Shown here: positions 1 to 10,081 of the stretch, piece after piece | Layout: every line of letters begins with the position of its first letter | Position numbering within the stretch: position 1 is the stretch's first letter | Assembly: GCA_963841385.1 (NCBI GenBank) | Contig: CAWJCO010000006.1 | Span: 48,883-112,882, forward strand | DNA: 64,000 nt | Direction: 5' to 3' | Source of the DNA: an uncultured Chloroflexia bacterium | GTDB taxonomy: Bacteria > Chloroflexota > Dormibacteria > Aeolococcales > Aeolococcaceae | Made by a program: the position numbers and the translations under genes | Notes under the pieces: generated by a model | Told to the model about the DNA's origin: nothing | Databases searched by the model: none | What the model saw: the letters and a program-made list of their open reading frames with translations, nothing else

Positions 1-372
1 CCGATGCCGGGCGCGCACCGCCTGGACGGCCACCGCCGCGACCAGCGTCACGATGCCCAGCACGATCAGGATCGGTGCGGCCCCGCTGGGGGTCGCGTCG
101 AGGCCGCCGATCAGCAGGAGAGCCGCCAGGGCGATGAGCGCGAGGTTGAGCAGCCAGCGCTGCCAGCTCAGGCCCGATCGGGCCGGGCGGCGGGCGCGGA
201 TGGCGTGTGCGGCGTCGTCACGCCCGCGCCGGTGACCGCGCCCACCGCCCGGGTCGCCGCCACCCGGCGGCAGGTCGTCGCGATCGAGCAGCGACCACCA
301 ATCCGGAGGCACGTTCGTGGACCGCGAATCCGGGGGGAGCCCGTGGGTCGGACGGTAGTCGTCGTCAGGCAT
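1..372 (-). CDS. Membrane protein, partial (runs off the window's left edge)
   Basis: Manual translation from ATG at 372: MPDDDYRPTHG...WQRWLLNLALIALAALLLIGGLDATPSGAAPILIVLGIVTLVAAVAVQAV. Two hydrophobic helices, no stop before base 1. Confidence 0.65.
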   Translation of the reverse strand, partial: MPDDDYRPTHGLPPDSRSTNVPPDWWSLLDRDDLPPGGGDPGGGRGHRRGRDDAAHAIRARRPARSGLSWQRWLLNLALIALAALLLIGGLDATPSGAAPILIVLGIVTLVAAVAVQAVRARHR

Positions 373-541
373 CACGTCCCACTGCGCACGCCATGCGGTC
401 CGCTGGCTTCCACGTTGACAACGCGATGCGGCCGCACTGAGATGATACCCCCGACCGCGCGCCGGGTCGACCGCCGTGCGGCCCGTCGCCGGAGGTCGCG
501 CCGATGGTGGCAGGGTCGCGTCCGGGTCCCGGAGCTCGCGC

Positions 542-1201
542 GTGCCCGGAGCTGAGCCGACGCCTCCGGAGCGGGGCTCGCTGCAGGCTCTGCAGGCCGC
601 GCACCGCGCCTGCATCCGGTGTGTCGACGGGGGCCTCCTGGCGGCCGCCAACCCGGTCTTCAGCGGCCGTCCGGGACAGCGGATCCTGCTGGTGGGACAG
701 GCCCCGGGGCCGGTCGAGAACGACGGGCAGCGACCCTTCGCGGGGCGCGCCGGCCGCCAGCTGATGCGCTGGTTCGAGCGGGGTGGCTTCGCCGGCGATG
801 CCGACGTCCGGCGCCGCGTCTACATGACCTCGATGACCACCTGCTTCCCGGGGCGCACCCCCGACGGCCGTGGCGACCGGCGCCCCAGCGCGCGGGAGGT
901 CGCCCTCTGCGCCGGCTGGCTGGACGGGGTCCTGGCGCTGCTGCGGCCGAGATTGGTGCTCCCGATCGGGACCCTGGCCCTGGCCCGCTTCGTACCCGGG
1001 ACGGGTCTGGAGGCCGCGGTGGGGAGGCTCTTCGACGCCTCGGGTGCCGAGGCGGAGGTGGGTGACCGCGTGCCCCTGCTGCTCCCGCTGCCCCACCCCT
1101 CGGGGCAGAGCCGCTGGCTCAACGAATCGGCGCACATCGCCCGCCTGGAGCAGGCCATCGCCCGACTGCCCGATCTGGTCACCTGGGCGGAATCCGGATG
1201 A
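542..1201 (+). CDS. Uracil-DNA glycosylase superfamily protein (family 4/5-like, Fe-S Cys)
   Basis: CxxC (ACIRC), GQAPG, PFAGRAG, TCFPG, LCAGWL, HPSG motifs. GTG 542 after GGAG preferred over ORF-track start 476. Confidence 0.85.
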   Translation: MPGAEPTPPERGSLQALQAAHRACIRCVDGGLLAAANPVFSGRPGQRILLVGQAPGPVENDGQRPFAGRAGRQLMRWFERGGFAGDADVRRRVYMTSMTTCFPGRTPDGRGDRRPSAREVALCAGWLDGVLALLRPRLVLPIGTLALARFVPGTGLEAAVGRLFDASGAEAEVGDRVPLLLPLPHPSGQSRWLNESAHIARLEQAIARLPDLVTWAESG

Positions 1202-1737
1202 GCGAGCGATGCTATCATCGGACGCTGTTTGTGCTCCCGCACAGTGAGAGACAGGGTGCCGCCGTGCCCGACAAGGAAACCACGCCGACGCCGGCCGTCA
1301 GCGGGGGCGTCAAGGACGCCGAGGACATCCTCGAGCGGATCTTCACCCCGCGGCCGAAGGCGTCCCCTGCCGAGCAGGCGGAGCGGGTGCTGCGCCGTCC
1401 GCGACGCATCGTCTACTGCGCCATCAGCAATCGCAACTTCTACTGGCGCCAGCACATCAGCAAGTTCGTCCTCGATGAGGGGGCCGTCCCCATCGTCCCG
1501 TTCATGCTCTTCGACTACTACCTGCTCCACACCGTGCCCAAGGAGACGGTGCGCGAGGCCTTCAACAACCTGATCGTCAAGTCGGACGAGATGTGGGTCT
1601 TCGGCACCATCTCGCTGGGCGTGAAGGTCCAGATCGGGATCGCCAAGCGCTTCCACAAAGCGGTCCGCTACTACGACATCACCGACCTGCCATACCGGGT
1701 CGTGTCGGTCCCTGAGGCGATGGTCCGCGAGGAATGA
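1198..1737 (+). CDS. Nucleoside 2-deoxyribosyltransferase-like Rossmann-fold protein of unknown function
   Basis: IVYCAIS...GAVPIVPF..F..Y...LIVKSDEMWVFG.IS.GVKVQIGIAK...VRYY pattern. ATGA overlap with UDG; alternative start GTG 1264. Confidence 0.6.
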   Translation: MSERCYHRTLFVLPHSERQGAAVPDKETTPTPAVSGGVKDAEDILERIFTPRPKASPAEQAERVLRRPRRIVYCAISNRNFYWRQHISKFVLDEGAVPIVPFMLFDYYLLHTVPKETVREAFNNLIVKSDEMWVFGTISLGVKVQIGIAKRFHKAVRYYDITDLPYRVVSVPEAMVREE

Positions 1738-2426
1738 CCGCGTCGGCGGTGGAGGGGGCGAGACCTCCCCTGCTGGTGGTCATCGAGCACGCCGAGGGCG
1801 AGGGCCCCGGCCTGATCGGCGAGATCGCCACCGGCTTCGGCATGCACGTGCGCCGGCTCGGAGCCGCCGATCCGCTGCCCGCCCTCGACGGCGTGACCGC
1901 CCTGGTGGTGATGGGCGGTCCCCAGAGCGTGCATGAGCCGGATCGGCGGCTCCGCGACGAGGTGGTGCTCCTCCACGAGGCGGTGACCCGCGGGCTGCCC
2001 GTGCTCGGGGTGTGCCTCGGCGCCCAGCTCACCGCCGCCGCCTGCGGGGCGCCGGTGCGGCCCGGGGAGCGGGGCCCCGAGCTGGGCCTGGGGGCGGTCA
2101 CCCTGACCGCGCCCGGGCGCGACGACCCTGTCTTCGAGGGCTGCGGCCCGACGCTGGCGGTGGTCCACTGGCACACCGACACCTTTGACCTGCCCCGCGG
2201 CTCCTGCCATCTGGCTCATAGCGAGGCGTATCCGAACCAGGCGTTCCGGCTCGGGCGGGCCTACGGATTCCAGTTCCACGTCGAGGTCGACGGCGCGCTG
2301 CTGAGCGCCTGGGCACGCCACCTCCCGCTGCCCGATGACGCGCGGGAGTGGCTGCGGAGCACCGATGCGGAGCGGCGGGGGATCCTCGCGCGCTGGGTCC
2401 GGCAGGCCCTCGACGCCGTCCCCTGA
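1734..2426 (+). CDS. Class I glutamine amidotransferase-like protein
   Basis: MGGP, GVCLGAQL nucleophile elbow, QFHVE His-Glu motif. ATGA-coupled to previous gene. Confidence 0.85.
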   Translation: MTASAVEGARPPLLVVIEHAEGEGPGLIGEIATGFGMHVRRLGAADPLPALDGVTALVVMGGPQSVHEPDRRLRDEVVLLHEAVTRGLPVLGVCLGAQLTAAACGAPVRPGERGPELGLGAVTLTAPGRDDPVFEGCGPTLAVVHWHTDTFDLPRGSCHLAHSEAYPNQAFRLGRAYGFQFHVEVDGALLSAWARHLPLPDDAREWLRSTDAERRGILARWVRQALDAVP

Positions 2427-2456
2427 GAGCGGCCGGCACGGCCCGGGTGGGACCCC

Positions 2457-2714
2457 TCAGCGCCAGCGGCTGCGCATCTCCTCCCGCCAGTCCGGGAAGT
2501 AACGCTCGATCATCGTCAGGTCGAAGCGGGGCAGGATCGACCCGACCGGCTCCCTCTCCAGGAGGAATGCGAACGACTGGCGCACCAGCGCCTCCGCGTC
2601 GGGGGCCCCCAGCTCCCTGGCCAGGCCGTCGTTGGCGGTGACCGCGAAGCTCCATTCCTCCACGCGCACCTGGAAGGTCCCGTCACCCCGGGGCAGCACC
2701 TCGATCCGCGCCAC
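2457..2714 (-). CDS. Small conserved hypothetical protein
   Basis: Protein-like 85 aa ORF with SFAFLLEREP..SIL..FDL..I..YFP motif. Confidence 0.7.
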   Translation of the reverse strand: MARIEVLPRGDGTFQVRVEEWSFAVTANDGLARELGAPDAEALVRQSFAFLLEREPVGSILPRFDLTMIERYFPDWREEMRSRWR

Positions 2715-2723
2715 GCCGCGGCC

Positions 2724-4055
2724 CTACGTCGCCGCAGCCGGCGTCACCGCCGCAGCCGTGGAGTCGCGGAGGGCCCAGCTCCCGTCCCAGGTCCAGGTGT
2801 AGGGGACCGCGTCGGCCCCGCAGCTCGCGCAGATGCCACCGAAGAGGACCACCTGGTCGTCGCTGGCGTCGTAGGCGACCGACGAGTCGCCGGCCACGGG
2901 GCTGGAGGAGAGCTCGCTCCAGCCCCCGCCCTTCCAGAGGTAGGTGCCGGTCGCGGTCACCAGCAGCGCCCCGTCACCCGACGTGGTCAGCTCCCAGGAC
3001 GACGGCGGCACCGAGCCGCCCGATGCCGGGCCGGCATTCCACGATGAGCCGTTCCAGGACCAGACCGGTGGGGACGCGGAGCCCGCCTCCGTCCCCCCAT
3101 CGCAGTCCTGTGGGGCGGTGACCAGATCGAGGCTCTCCGATCGGGGATCGTAGGCGAGGCTGTCGACGGCCGCCGGAGGCGGTGACGCCGCGGGATGGAG
3201 GAGAGCCCACGTGGCGCCGCTCCATCGCCAGGTCGCGGTGCTCTCGCAGCCGGGCTGGCTGGTGACCAGGATGAGCTGCCCGGTCGCCGAGTCGGTGCCG
3301 AGCGCGCTGGGCAGGTCGGCCGCCGGAAGGGTGCCCGCCGGCTGGGAGGCCCACGTCGATCCGTCCCAGGTCCAGGTGCTGTCCGTCTCTTCGAGAGGGC
3401 CTCCCGGCCTCGCCGTGTCACCGCCGGTCAGGACCAGCCGCTCCGTGGACGGGTCGTAGGCGAGCAGCGCGCCGCTCAGCCCCGGGGGCGAGACGGTGGG
3501 GTGGAGCTCGGTCCACTGCGATCCGTCCCAGCTCCAGGTGTCGGAGAGCGTGGTCAGCCCCTCGCTCCCGATGACCAGCCCACCGAAGAGGATCACGTCA
3601 CCACCGGCCGGGTCGTACGCCATCGCCGCGTCCACACGGGCCGAGGGGCGGATGGGGGGTGCGGCCGGGAGGGCTATCGGCATCGGGGTCGGAGTCGCCA
3701 CCGCGGCGGGGGCGGGATGGGAGATGGGGGAGGAGATCAAAGTGGCGGTCGCCGCCCCGACCAGGGCGGAGAGGGACACCGCGGTGACCAGCACCCGGCG
3801 GGTGACCCCGTGGCGCAGGCCCGCTCGCGGGCCGGGCGGGCGGTCCTCGGGCAGGGTCTGGAGCTCGAAGTCCGGCTCCTGTGGCGCTGCCGCGGTGGCC
3901 GATTCCCCGGGTCGCCCGGGGGTGGAGCCGACCAGGGCGCGGCGCAACCGCTGTGCCGGATGGCGCGTTTCGTCGTCCCAGCCGCCGGAGGCGGCTCGGG
4001 TGGTTCCGTCCGGTGGGGGCTCTCCCTCCGGCGCGGTGGGGCCCATGTCGGTCAT
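2724..4055 (-). CDS. Single-TM-anchored kelch-like beta-propeller protein
   Basis: TM helix (VLVTAVSLSALVGAATATLI), then repeated AYDP...LFGG...TWxWDGxxW blades. Confidence 0.75.
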   Translation of the reverse strand: MTDMGPTAPEGEPPPDGTTRAASGGWDDETRHPAQRLRRALVGSTPGRPGESATAAAPQEPDFELQTLPEDRPPGPRAGLRHGVTRRVLVTAVSLSALVGAATATLISSPISHPAPAAVATPTPMPIALPAAPPIRPSARVDAAMAYDPAGGDVILFGGLVIGSEGLTTLSDTWSWDGSQWTELHPTVSPPGLSGALLAYDPSTERLVLTGGDTARPGGPLEETDSTWTWDGSTWASQPAGTLPAADLPSALGTDSATGQLILVTSQPGCESTATWRWSGATWALLHPAASPPPAAVDSLAYDPRSESLDLVTAPQDCDGGTEAGSASPPVWSWNGSSWNAGPASGGSVPPSSWELTTSGDGALLVTATGTYLWKGGGWSELSSSPVAGDSSVAYDASDDQVVLFGGICASCGADAVPYTWTWDGSWALRDSTAAAVTPAAAT

Positions 4056-4134
4056 GGCGTCGCGTCCGTGCCGTCAACCGTACGCCGCCCACGACCGTGG
4101 GCGACCGGCGCATCGCATCCGAGCCGTGTCCTGG

Positions 4135-6627
4135 CTAGATCCGGCGAATCATCTCCCGCTCGATCGCCTCGCGGGTGCGTCGCACCAGGGGCGCCAGGCG
4201 ATGCTCGCGGAGTGCCTGCTCCATCTGGCGGAGCAGGGAGTAGAGGTTCTTGACCGCCTTCACGAGGTCGCCGACGTCGGCGCCGGGAGGGACATCGATC
4301 TCGGCGAGCGCAACCCCGGTCGCCCACTGGTGGGCGGCTCCCACGAAGTCGAAGGAGAGCGGCCGGAGCGTGGCGACGCCGTGATGCTCCTCGATGGCGC
4401 CGAGCCGCTGGAGGTCGGCGCGGAGCAGGCGGTGACCGCGCTCCACGCCCCGGCTGGGCCACTGGCGGCGGGCCGCCGGGGGCCGATCGCGCCCGCGGTC
4501 CTCGGCCACCAGCATGGTGAGCACGCCCACCAGCTCGGCCGGGGTCAGCTCCTCGAGCCAGCCGGCCTGGATTGCATCCGCCACCAGCAGGGCGTTCTCG
4601 CCGAAGAGTGCCTCGGCCAGCAGCCCGAGCTCGGTGGGCCGGTCGTTCTCCAGGAAGCCGGCCTCGCGCAGCACCCCGCGCAGGGCTCGGAACTCGCGCC
4701 GGTAGCGGCCTCGGGCCGAGCGCAGCTCCTCCTCGCCGTGACGGAGCGTCTCGGCGACATCCTCGGTCTCGCGCCGGTGGCCGCGGTGCTCGCTGAGGTG
4801 GGGACAGCCGGTGCACGGGCTCTGCTCCAACCGGGCGCGCGAGGCCTTCAGGGAGCGCCGCATGGTCTCGAACCGCCCGCCGGGATCGGCGGCGCGGCCG
4901 CCGTAGCGGCCCGCCCGGCTGTCGCGCCAGTGCTGGCGCTGGGCCCGTCGCACCTCGGTGTCCATGGCCTCGACCTGGGCGGCCAGCCGCAGGTGGCGGG
5001 TGAGCGTCGTCTCGGTGCAGGCGAGCCGCGGATGGCGGAAGACGCGCCGCGCCAGATCGTCGCGCAGCTTCTCGAGGTTTGCCCTGCGGTGCACCCAGTG
5101 CTCGCTGCGCAGCAGTGCCTGGTACTGCCCGAAGGAGCGGTCCAGCAGCTCCTCGGCTCGCTCCAGGCTCCGGGTCTTGAGCAGGGCGAGCACCATGGTG
5201 TAGGTGGGCGCGAACTTCAACTCGACGCTCATCTCGCCGCCGATCGCGGCGTCGTAGATGTCGCGCACGTCGACGTCCGACTCCTTGAGGATGATCCCGT
5301 GCCCCAGGGTGTCGATGCCGCGCCTGCCCGCCCGCCCCATCAGCTGGGTCAGCTCCGCCGGGGTGAGCGCATGGAATCCGGTGCCGTCGAACTTGGTGAA
5401 CGAGGAGACCACGCAGGCCCGGGCCGGCATGTTGAGGCCGAGCGAGAGGGTCTCGGTGGCGAACACCACCCTGACCAGGCCCTGCTGGAAGAGCACCTCG
5501 ACGGTCTCCTTGGCGTACGGCAACATGCCGGCGTGGTGCATGGCGATGCCGCGGCGGAGCAGCTTGCCGTCGAGCGCATCGAGGAAGACGCGGCGTTCGT
5601 CGTCGTCCGCGATCGCCTCGAGGCGGTGGGCGAGCTCGGTGTCGACGGCCAGCTTCTCGGCTTGCGTGGTGAGATCGAGGCCGTGCACCGCGCAGCGGGA
5701 GATCGCCTCGCGGCAGCCGCGCCGCGAGAAGATGAAGTAGATCGCCGGCAGCATGGCGTTGCCGCGCAGGCGCTCGATGACCTGGAGCAGGTCGTTCTCG
5801 GGGGCGCGCCGCGCGTAGCGCAGCCGCAGATCGCCGGCGCTCAGGTTCTGCGCCTTCTCCAGCGTGCGACGGTCCACCTGGCCGCGCTCGTCGAAGAGCG
5901 GCCAGAGCTGGTTGTCGAGGCAGAGCCAGAGCTCGAGGGCGACCGGTCGCTCGGTCTGGGTCACCACCTCCATGCCCCCGCGCAGCCCGCTCATCCAGGC
6001 GGCCACCTCGTCGACGTTGCTGATGGTCGCCGACAGCCCGGTGATCCGGATGTGAGGGGGCGCCTCGATGATCACCTCCTCCCACACCGTCCCGCGGGGG
6101 TGATCGTCGATGTAGTGGACCTCGTCGAGGACGATGTCGCCGACGAGGTCGAGGCGCGCGGGCTCGTCGTAGAGGATGTTGCGCAGGATCTCGGTGGTCA
6201 TCACCACCACCGGCGCGGACTCGTTGAGGGTGTGCTCGCCGGTGACCAGGCCGACGTTGGCCTCACCGTAGCGCTCCCCGAGGTCGCGGAACTTCTGGTT
6301 GGAGAGCGCCTTCAGCGGGGTGGTGTAGATGACCCGATGGGCTCGCGCCGGGTCCAGCCGGAGGCCCGGCGGTGCCGCCAGGCAGCGCCAGATCGCGTAC
6401 TCGGCGATGAGCGTCTTGCCGCTCGAGGTGGGGGCGCTGACCAGCACGCCCCGAGAGCGCTCCAGCTTCTCGATCGCCTCCACCTGGAAGGGATCGAGGG
6501 TCAGGCCGACGTGGGCGCTGAAGGCCTGCGCGAGCGTGCCGGCGCCGGGACCCGCCCCGACCTCGGGACCGGCCCCGGTGTCCGCGGCCACCGCGTTCCC
6601 GGCCGGCGGCCCGCTGAAGGTGCTCAT
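4135..6627 (-). CDS. helY: Ski2/HelY-like DEAD/DEAH-box RNA helicase
   Basis: APTSSGKT, TTPLKALSNQK, DEVH, LSAT, HHAG, ATETLSLGLNMPA, QLMGRAGRRG; DSHCT-like C-terminus. Confidence 0.9.
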   Translation of the reverse strand: MSTFSGPPAGNAVAADTGAGPEVGAGPGAGTLAQAFSAHVGLTLDPFQVEAIEKLERSRGVLVSAPTSSGKTLIAEYAIWRCLAAPPGLRLDPARAHRVIYTTPLKALSNQKFRDLGERYGEANVGLVTGEHTLNESAPVVVMTTEILRNILYDEPARLDLVGDIVLDEVHYIDDHPRGTVWEEVIIEAPPHIRITGLSATISNVDEVAAWMSGLRGGMEVVTQTERPVALELWLCLDNQLWPLFDERGQVDRRTLEKAQNLSAGDLRLRYARRAPENDLLQVIERLRGNAMLPAIYFIFSRRGCREAISRCAVHGLDLTTQAEKLAVDTELAHRLEAIADDDERRVFLDALDGKLLRRGIAMHHAGMLPYAKETVEVLFQQGLVRVVFATETLSLGLNMPARACVVSSFTKFDGTGFHALTPAELTQLMGRAGRRGIDTLGHGIILKESDVDVRDIYDAAIGGEMSVELKFAPTYTMVLALLKTRSLERAEELLDRSFGQYQALLRSEHWVHRRANLEKLRDDLARRVFRHPRLACTETTLTRHLRLAAQVEAMDTEVRRAQRQHWRDSRAGRYGGRAADPGGRFETMRRSLKASRARLEQSPCTGCPHLSEHRGHRRETEDVAETLRHGEEELRSARGRYRREFRALRGVLREAGFLENDRPTELGLLAEALFGENALLVADAIQAGWLEELTPAELVGVLTMLVAEDRGRDRPPAARRQWPSRGVERGHRLLRADLQRLGAIEEHHGVATLRPLSFDFVGAAHQWATGVALAEIDVPPGADVGDLVKAVKNLYSLLRQMEQALREHRLAPLVRRTREAIEREMIRRI

Positions 6628-8066
6628 GCGCTGACCGCGCCGCTCCCGGCCGCGCGGTGCCGGCGGGGGCGCAACCCGATGAAGGAGACGGCGGCTCCGG
6701 CGACGCAGAGCAGGGCCGCCACCACCATGGCCCGGTGGTAGCCCTGGTCGTACGCGCTTCCGGTGAGGTCATCGATCCCGGCGAGACCCGCCGCCAGGGG
6801 CACCGCGGCCACCGCCAGCAGGCCGGCCGCCCGGGTGACCGTGTTGTTCACCCCCGAGGCGATCGCCGCACGGGTCACCGGCACGGCTTCCAGCAGCGTG
6901 GTGGTGAGTGGCGCCGCGGTTGCCGCCAGGCCGAGCCCGAGGAGGCCCGCTGCGGGAAGCACCACGGTCAGGTAGGAGGCGGGGCCCGACACTCTGACGA
7001 AGAGGAGCAGCCCGACCGCGGCGACCAGCGGGCCGAGGGTCAGCAGCCTCCGAGCACCCAAGCGGCTGACCACCCCTCCCATCCGGGGGGTGAGGGCGAA
7101 GAGCAGCAGGGTGACCGGGAGGATGGCCGCGCCGGACGCCAGCGCGCTGTAGCCGGCCACCGCCTGGAGCTCGACGACCACCAGCAGCAGCGCGGCGCTC
7201 AGGGCCGCGTAGACGAAGAGGGTGGCGAGGTTGGCGACCGCGAACGCACGGATGCGGAAGAGGCCGAGTGGCAGCAGGGGGTGGGCGCGGCGCGTCTCCA
7301 CGATCCCGAAACCGACCATCACGGCCAGCCCGGCGACCACCGCCACCACGCTGATCGCGACCCCCAGGGTGTGCACCGCGATCAGGCCGGTGACGGCGAG
7401 TCCCAGCCCGAGGGTCACAGCCAGCGCGCCCCCGATGTCGAGGCGATCAACCCGACCTCGGGAATCGGCCTCCCGGGTGGGGAGGTGACCCCAGGCAGCG
7501 CCGACCGCGGCCGCCGCGAGCGGGACGTTGATCCAGAACACCCACCGCCACCCCGCGTGGTCGACGAGCAGGCCACCCAGCAGCGGACCGATGACCGTGG
7601 CCGTCCCCGAGATCACCGACCAGGCCGCGATGGCGCGGCCGCGATCCTCCGCGGTGAAGCCGGTGGAGACGATCGCGAGCGCGCCCGGGACCAGCAGCGC
7701 GGCCGCCGCGCCCTGGAAGAGCCGGCTCAGTTCCAGGGTCAGCCCACTCGGCGACGCGGCGCAGAGGATGGAGATCACCCCGAAGCCCGCGGCACCGGCC
7801 AGGAAGACCCGGTCGTGGCCCAGCACCTCGCCGAGCGTGGCGCCCAGCAGCACCAGACCGGCGAGGGTGAGCAGGTAGGCGTCGAGCACCCATTGCAGCG
7901 TCGCCAGGCCGCCACCCAGGTCGCGCCCGATGGCCGGCAGGGCGACCGTCACCGTGGTGGTGTCGAGCAGGGCCATCCCGGAACCGAGAACGGTCGCGGC
8001 CAGCACCCAGCGACCCGTCGGGCTGCCCAGGGCCAGCCGCCGAGCGGGCCCGCGCCCCGTGCTCAC
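6624..8066 (-). CDS. MFS transporter, DHA2 (14-TM) type
   Basis: SGMALLDTTTVTVALP, WVLDAYLL, WRWVFWINVP motifs; GTG start at 8066. Confidence 0.88.
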   Translation of the reverse strand: MSTGRGPARRLALGSPTGRWVLAATVLGSGMALLDTTTVTVALPAIGRDLGGGLATLQWVLDAYLLTLAGLVLLGATLGEVLGHDRVFLAGAAGFGVISILCAASPSGLTLELSRLFQGAAAALLVPGALAIVSTGFTAEDRGRAIAAWSVISGTATVIGPLLGGLLVDHAGWRWVFWINVPLAAAAVGAAWGHLPTREADSRGRVDRLDIGGALAVTLGLGLAVTGLIAVHTLGVAISVVAVVAGLAVMVGFGIVETRRAHPLLPLGLFRIRAFAVANLATLFVYAALSAALLLVVVELQAVAGYSALASGAAILPVTLLLFALTPRMGGVVSRLGARRLLTLGPLVAAVGLLLFVRVSGPASYLTVVLPAAGLLGLGLAATAAPLTTTLLEAVPVTRAAIASGVNNTVTRAAGLLAVAAVPLAAGLAGIDDLTGSAYDQGYHRAMVVAALLCVAGAAVSFIGLRPRRHRAAGSGAVSA

Positions 8067-8089
8067 CGGCGCGACAGCTCCACGTTCAC
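8063..8089 (-). other. Bridging mini-ORF VNVELSRR (DUF503 to MFS)
   Basis: GTG 8089 overlaps the DUF503 TGA; its own TGA (8065-8063) overlaps the MFS GTG (8066). Confidence 0.45.
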
Positions 8090-8373
8090 AGGCGCAGGAT
8101 CTCGAACCTCGAGTCGGTGAGCAGGGCCTCCCCGTCGTCGGCCACGTAGTTGAGCACCTTCTGGCAGACCTCGTCGGCGTGGCGGGCGCTGCTCGAGACG
8201 CAGGCCACCCCCAGCTCGACCGCCTGCCAGAGGTCCTGGTCACCCACCTCGGCGATCGCGACGTCGAAGGTTCGGCGCACCCGGGCGACCAGGGAGCGGA
8301 CCACCTGGCGCTTCTCCTTGAGCGAGCCGCTCTCCGGGACCTGGAGGCGCAGGACGAGGGTTCCGATGACCAT
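8086..8373 (-). CDS. DUF503 (YlxP-like) protein
   Basis: SLKEKRQVVRSLVARVRRTFDVAIAEVGDQDLWQ signature; -10-like TAGCTT 7 nt upstream of ATG 8373. Confidence 0.9.
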   Translation of the reverse strand: MVIGTLVLRLQVPESGSLKEKRQVVRSLVARVRRTFDVAIAEVGDQDLWQAVELGVACVSSSARHADEVCQKVLNYVADDGEALLTDSRFEILRL

Positions 8374-8466
8374 CCCGGGCAAGCTAGCAGACCAGCCCGG
8401 CGAGCGGGGAGACGGCCGCCCTCAGGGCGACCGCCTCACGCCGCGCGCTCGCTGATCAGGCCGGGG

Positions 8467-9948
8467 TTACGGCGAGGCCGCCCCCCTGGCCAGGGCCGGG
8501 ACGAACTGGGCCGCGTCCACCGTCCCCCAGCCGGTGGCGTCGCTGTAGTACCCGTCCGCCCGGAATCCCCGGACGGTCACCAGGTCCGAGGCGCTGGCGC
8601 ACGCGTCGTTGCTCTCGACGTCGGCGGCGATGCAGAAGGTGAAGGTGTTGTTGCCGCTGGTGATCGGCACGATGCCGTTGTGACCGCCGTGCTCGCCCAG
8701 CGCGTAGAGCTCGGGGTTGATGTAACCGAGGCTGTGCCCGGCCTCCTGGTCGGCGAGAGCCACGATCCCGGAGAAGAGCGGGCTGGCCTCGCTGGTGCCG
8801 CCCACGATGCCCCAGCCGCCCTGGAACTCGGTGCGCACCCCGTCCACGTAGTAGTAGGCGGTGGACTGGAAGAAGTCGACGGCGCCGTTCACCGCCGCGC
8901 TCATCGAGATGTCAGGGGTGCCCCGGGAGCCCCCGACCACGCCGGCCACCCCGTTCTGGAAGGCGGGCCGCGAGAAGACGGTCGAGAGCCCGCCGCCCCC
9001 GGCTCCCCAGGTGTACGCGGGTCCCGGGATGCCGACGGTGGTGCTGGAGTCGTTCCAGACGCTGGCGGGGGCGATCTGGCCGCCGCTGGCGTTGAGGTGG
9101 AGCTGGGTCCCGCCCACCGCGGTCACCAGCGGATCGGAGGACGGCCAGTCGATGGCCCGGGTGGCGTAGCAGCAGGTGAGGTTGGAGAGGTAGTCGGTCG
9201 ACCCCTGGTCCCCGCTCGCCGCCAGCACCGTGACCCCGTTGGCGGCCGCGTTCATGTAGGCGCTGCGCAGGCCGTAGATCTGCCCCGGGCTGGAGAAGGT
9301 CTGCTCGGTGGCGCCGAAGCTCTGGGTGATGACCTCACCGACGTGGTGGTTGACCACCCAGTTCTCGGCGGCGACGATGTCCGGGAAGCCCTGCTGCCCC
9401 TCGGTCTCCGAGGTGGGGGTCTCGACCAGCACGATGTTGGCGTCAGGGGCCATGGTGTGCGCCCACTCCACGTCGAGGCTGGTCTCGGTGCCCCAGCCGT
9501 AGCAGTCGCTGGCCCCGAAGGGGTCGTAGCCGCAGGACGGCACCGGTCCCTCCGGCTGGACCACCTGGAACGAGGGCGGTGCCGGAAGCCCGAAGTCCTG
9601 ATCGAACCTCGCCAGGTCCTCGCGGATGGTCGGCGAGCCGAAGGCGTCGACGATCACGATCGTCTGCCCCTGCCCCTCCACTCCCGCGGAGTAGAGCGGC
9701 TGGAGGTCGTAGGCCCGCCGGACCTGGAAGGGCTGGTAGCAGGCGATGCCGTAGGTCGCCTCGCAGTAGGCGGTGGTCGGCGGTGCGGCCAGGCTGCCCA
9801 TCGACAGGATGTGTCCCTCCGAGGCCGGGATCATGCGGATCGCGGCCGCGGCCACCGGGGCGGCGGCGGCGGCGGTCCCTCCGCCCAGGATGGCGATGGC
9901 GCCCGTGGCCACCAGCTGGGCAAGCGCGGAAACGCGCGGTGCTCTCAT
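8467..9948 (-). CDS. Secreted S53 (sedolisin-like) peptidase
   Basis: Signal peptide; ETSLDVE (Glu/Asp), SGDQG, GGTSEASP (Ser), GWGT Ca-site; SD GAAGGAGAGGAG before ATG 9948. Confidence 0.88.
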   Translation of the reverse strand: MRAPRVSALAQLVATGAIAILGGGTAAAAAPVAAAAIRMIPASEGHILSMGSLAAPPTTAYCEATYGIACYQPFQVRRAYDLQPLYSAGVEGQGQTIVIVDAFGSPTIREDLARFDQDFGLPAPPSFQVVQPEGPVPSCGYDPFGASDCYGWGTETSLDVEWAHTMAPDANIVLVETPTSETEGQQGFPDIVAAENWVVNHHVGEVITQSFGATEQTFSSPGQIYGLRSAYMNAAANGVTVLAASGDQGSTDYLSNLTCCYATRAIDWPSSDPLVTAVGGTQLHLNASGGQIAPASVWNDSSTTVGIPGPAYTWGAGGGGLSTVFSRPAFQNGVAGVVGGSRGTPDISMSAAVNGAVDFFQSTAYYYVDGVRTEFQGGWGIVGGTSEASPLFSGIVALADQEAGHSLGYINPELYALGEHGGHNGIVPITSGNNTFTFCIAADVESNDACASASDLVTVRGFRADGYYSDATGWGTVDAAQFVPALARGAASP

Positions 9949-10081
9949 CTCCTCTCCTTCCTCCTGTCCCTCCGCGCCCGCCGGCTCGGCGGACACGCTT
10001 TGCCCAACCTATCAGGCTTTCCCGCGCTTGGAAAGATGCGCGGGCGCCGCCGCGCGCCCGCCGCGGTCGCGATCCCCTGCT

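Noticed and set aside
415-446. TTGACA promoter for the UDG operon
   Set aside because: Perfect -35 but no convincing -10 at 16-18 nt.
3496-6741. 1081-aa plus-strand ORF and many other long ORFs (e.g. 12290-15097, 38746-41241, 47161-49512 N-terminal part, 17669-19063)
   Set aside because: Shadow or antisense frames of real genes in high-GC DNA; R/P/G/A-rich with no motifs.
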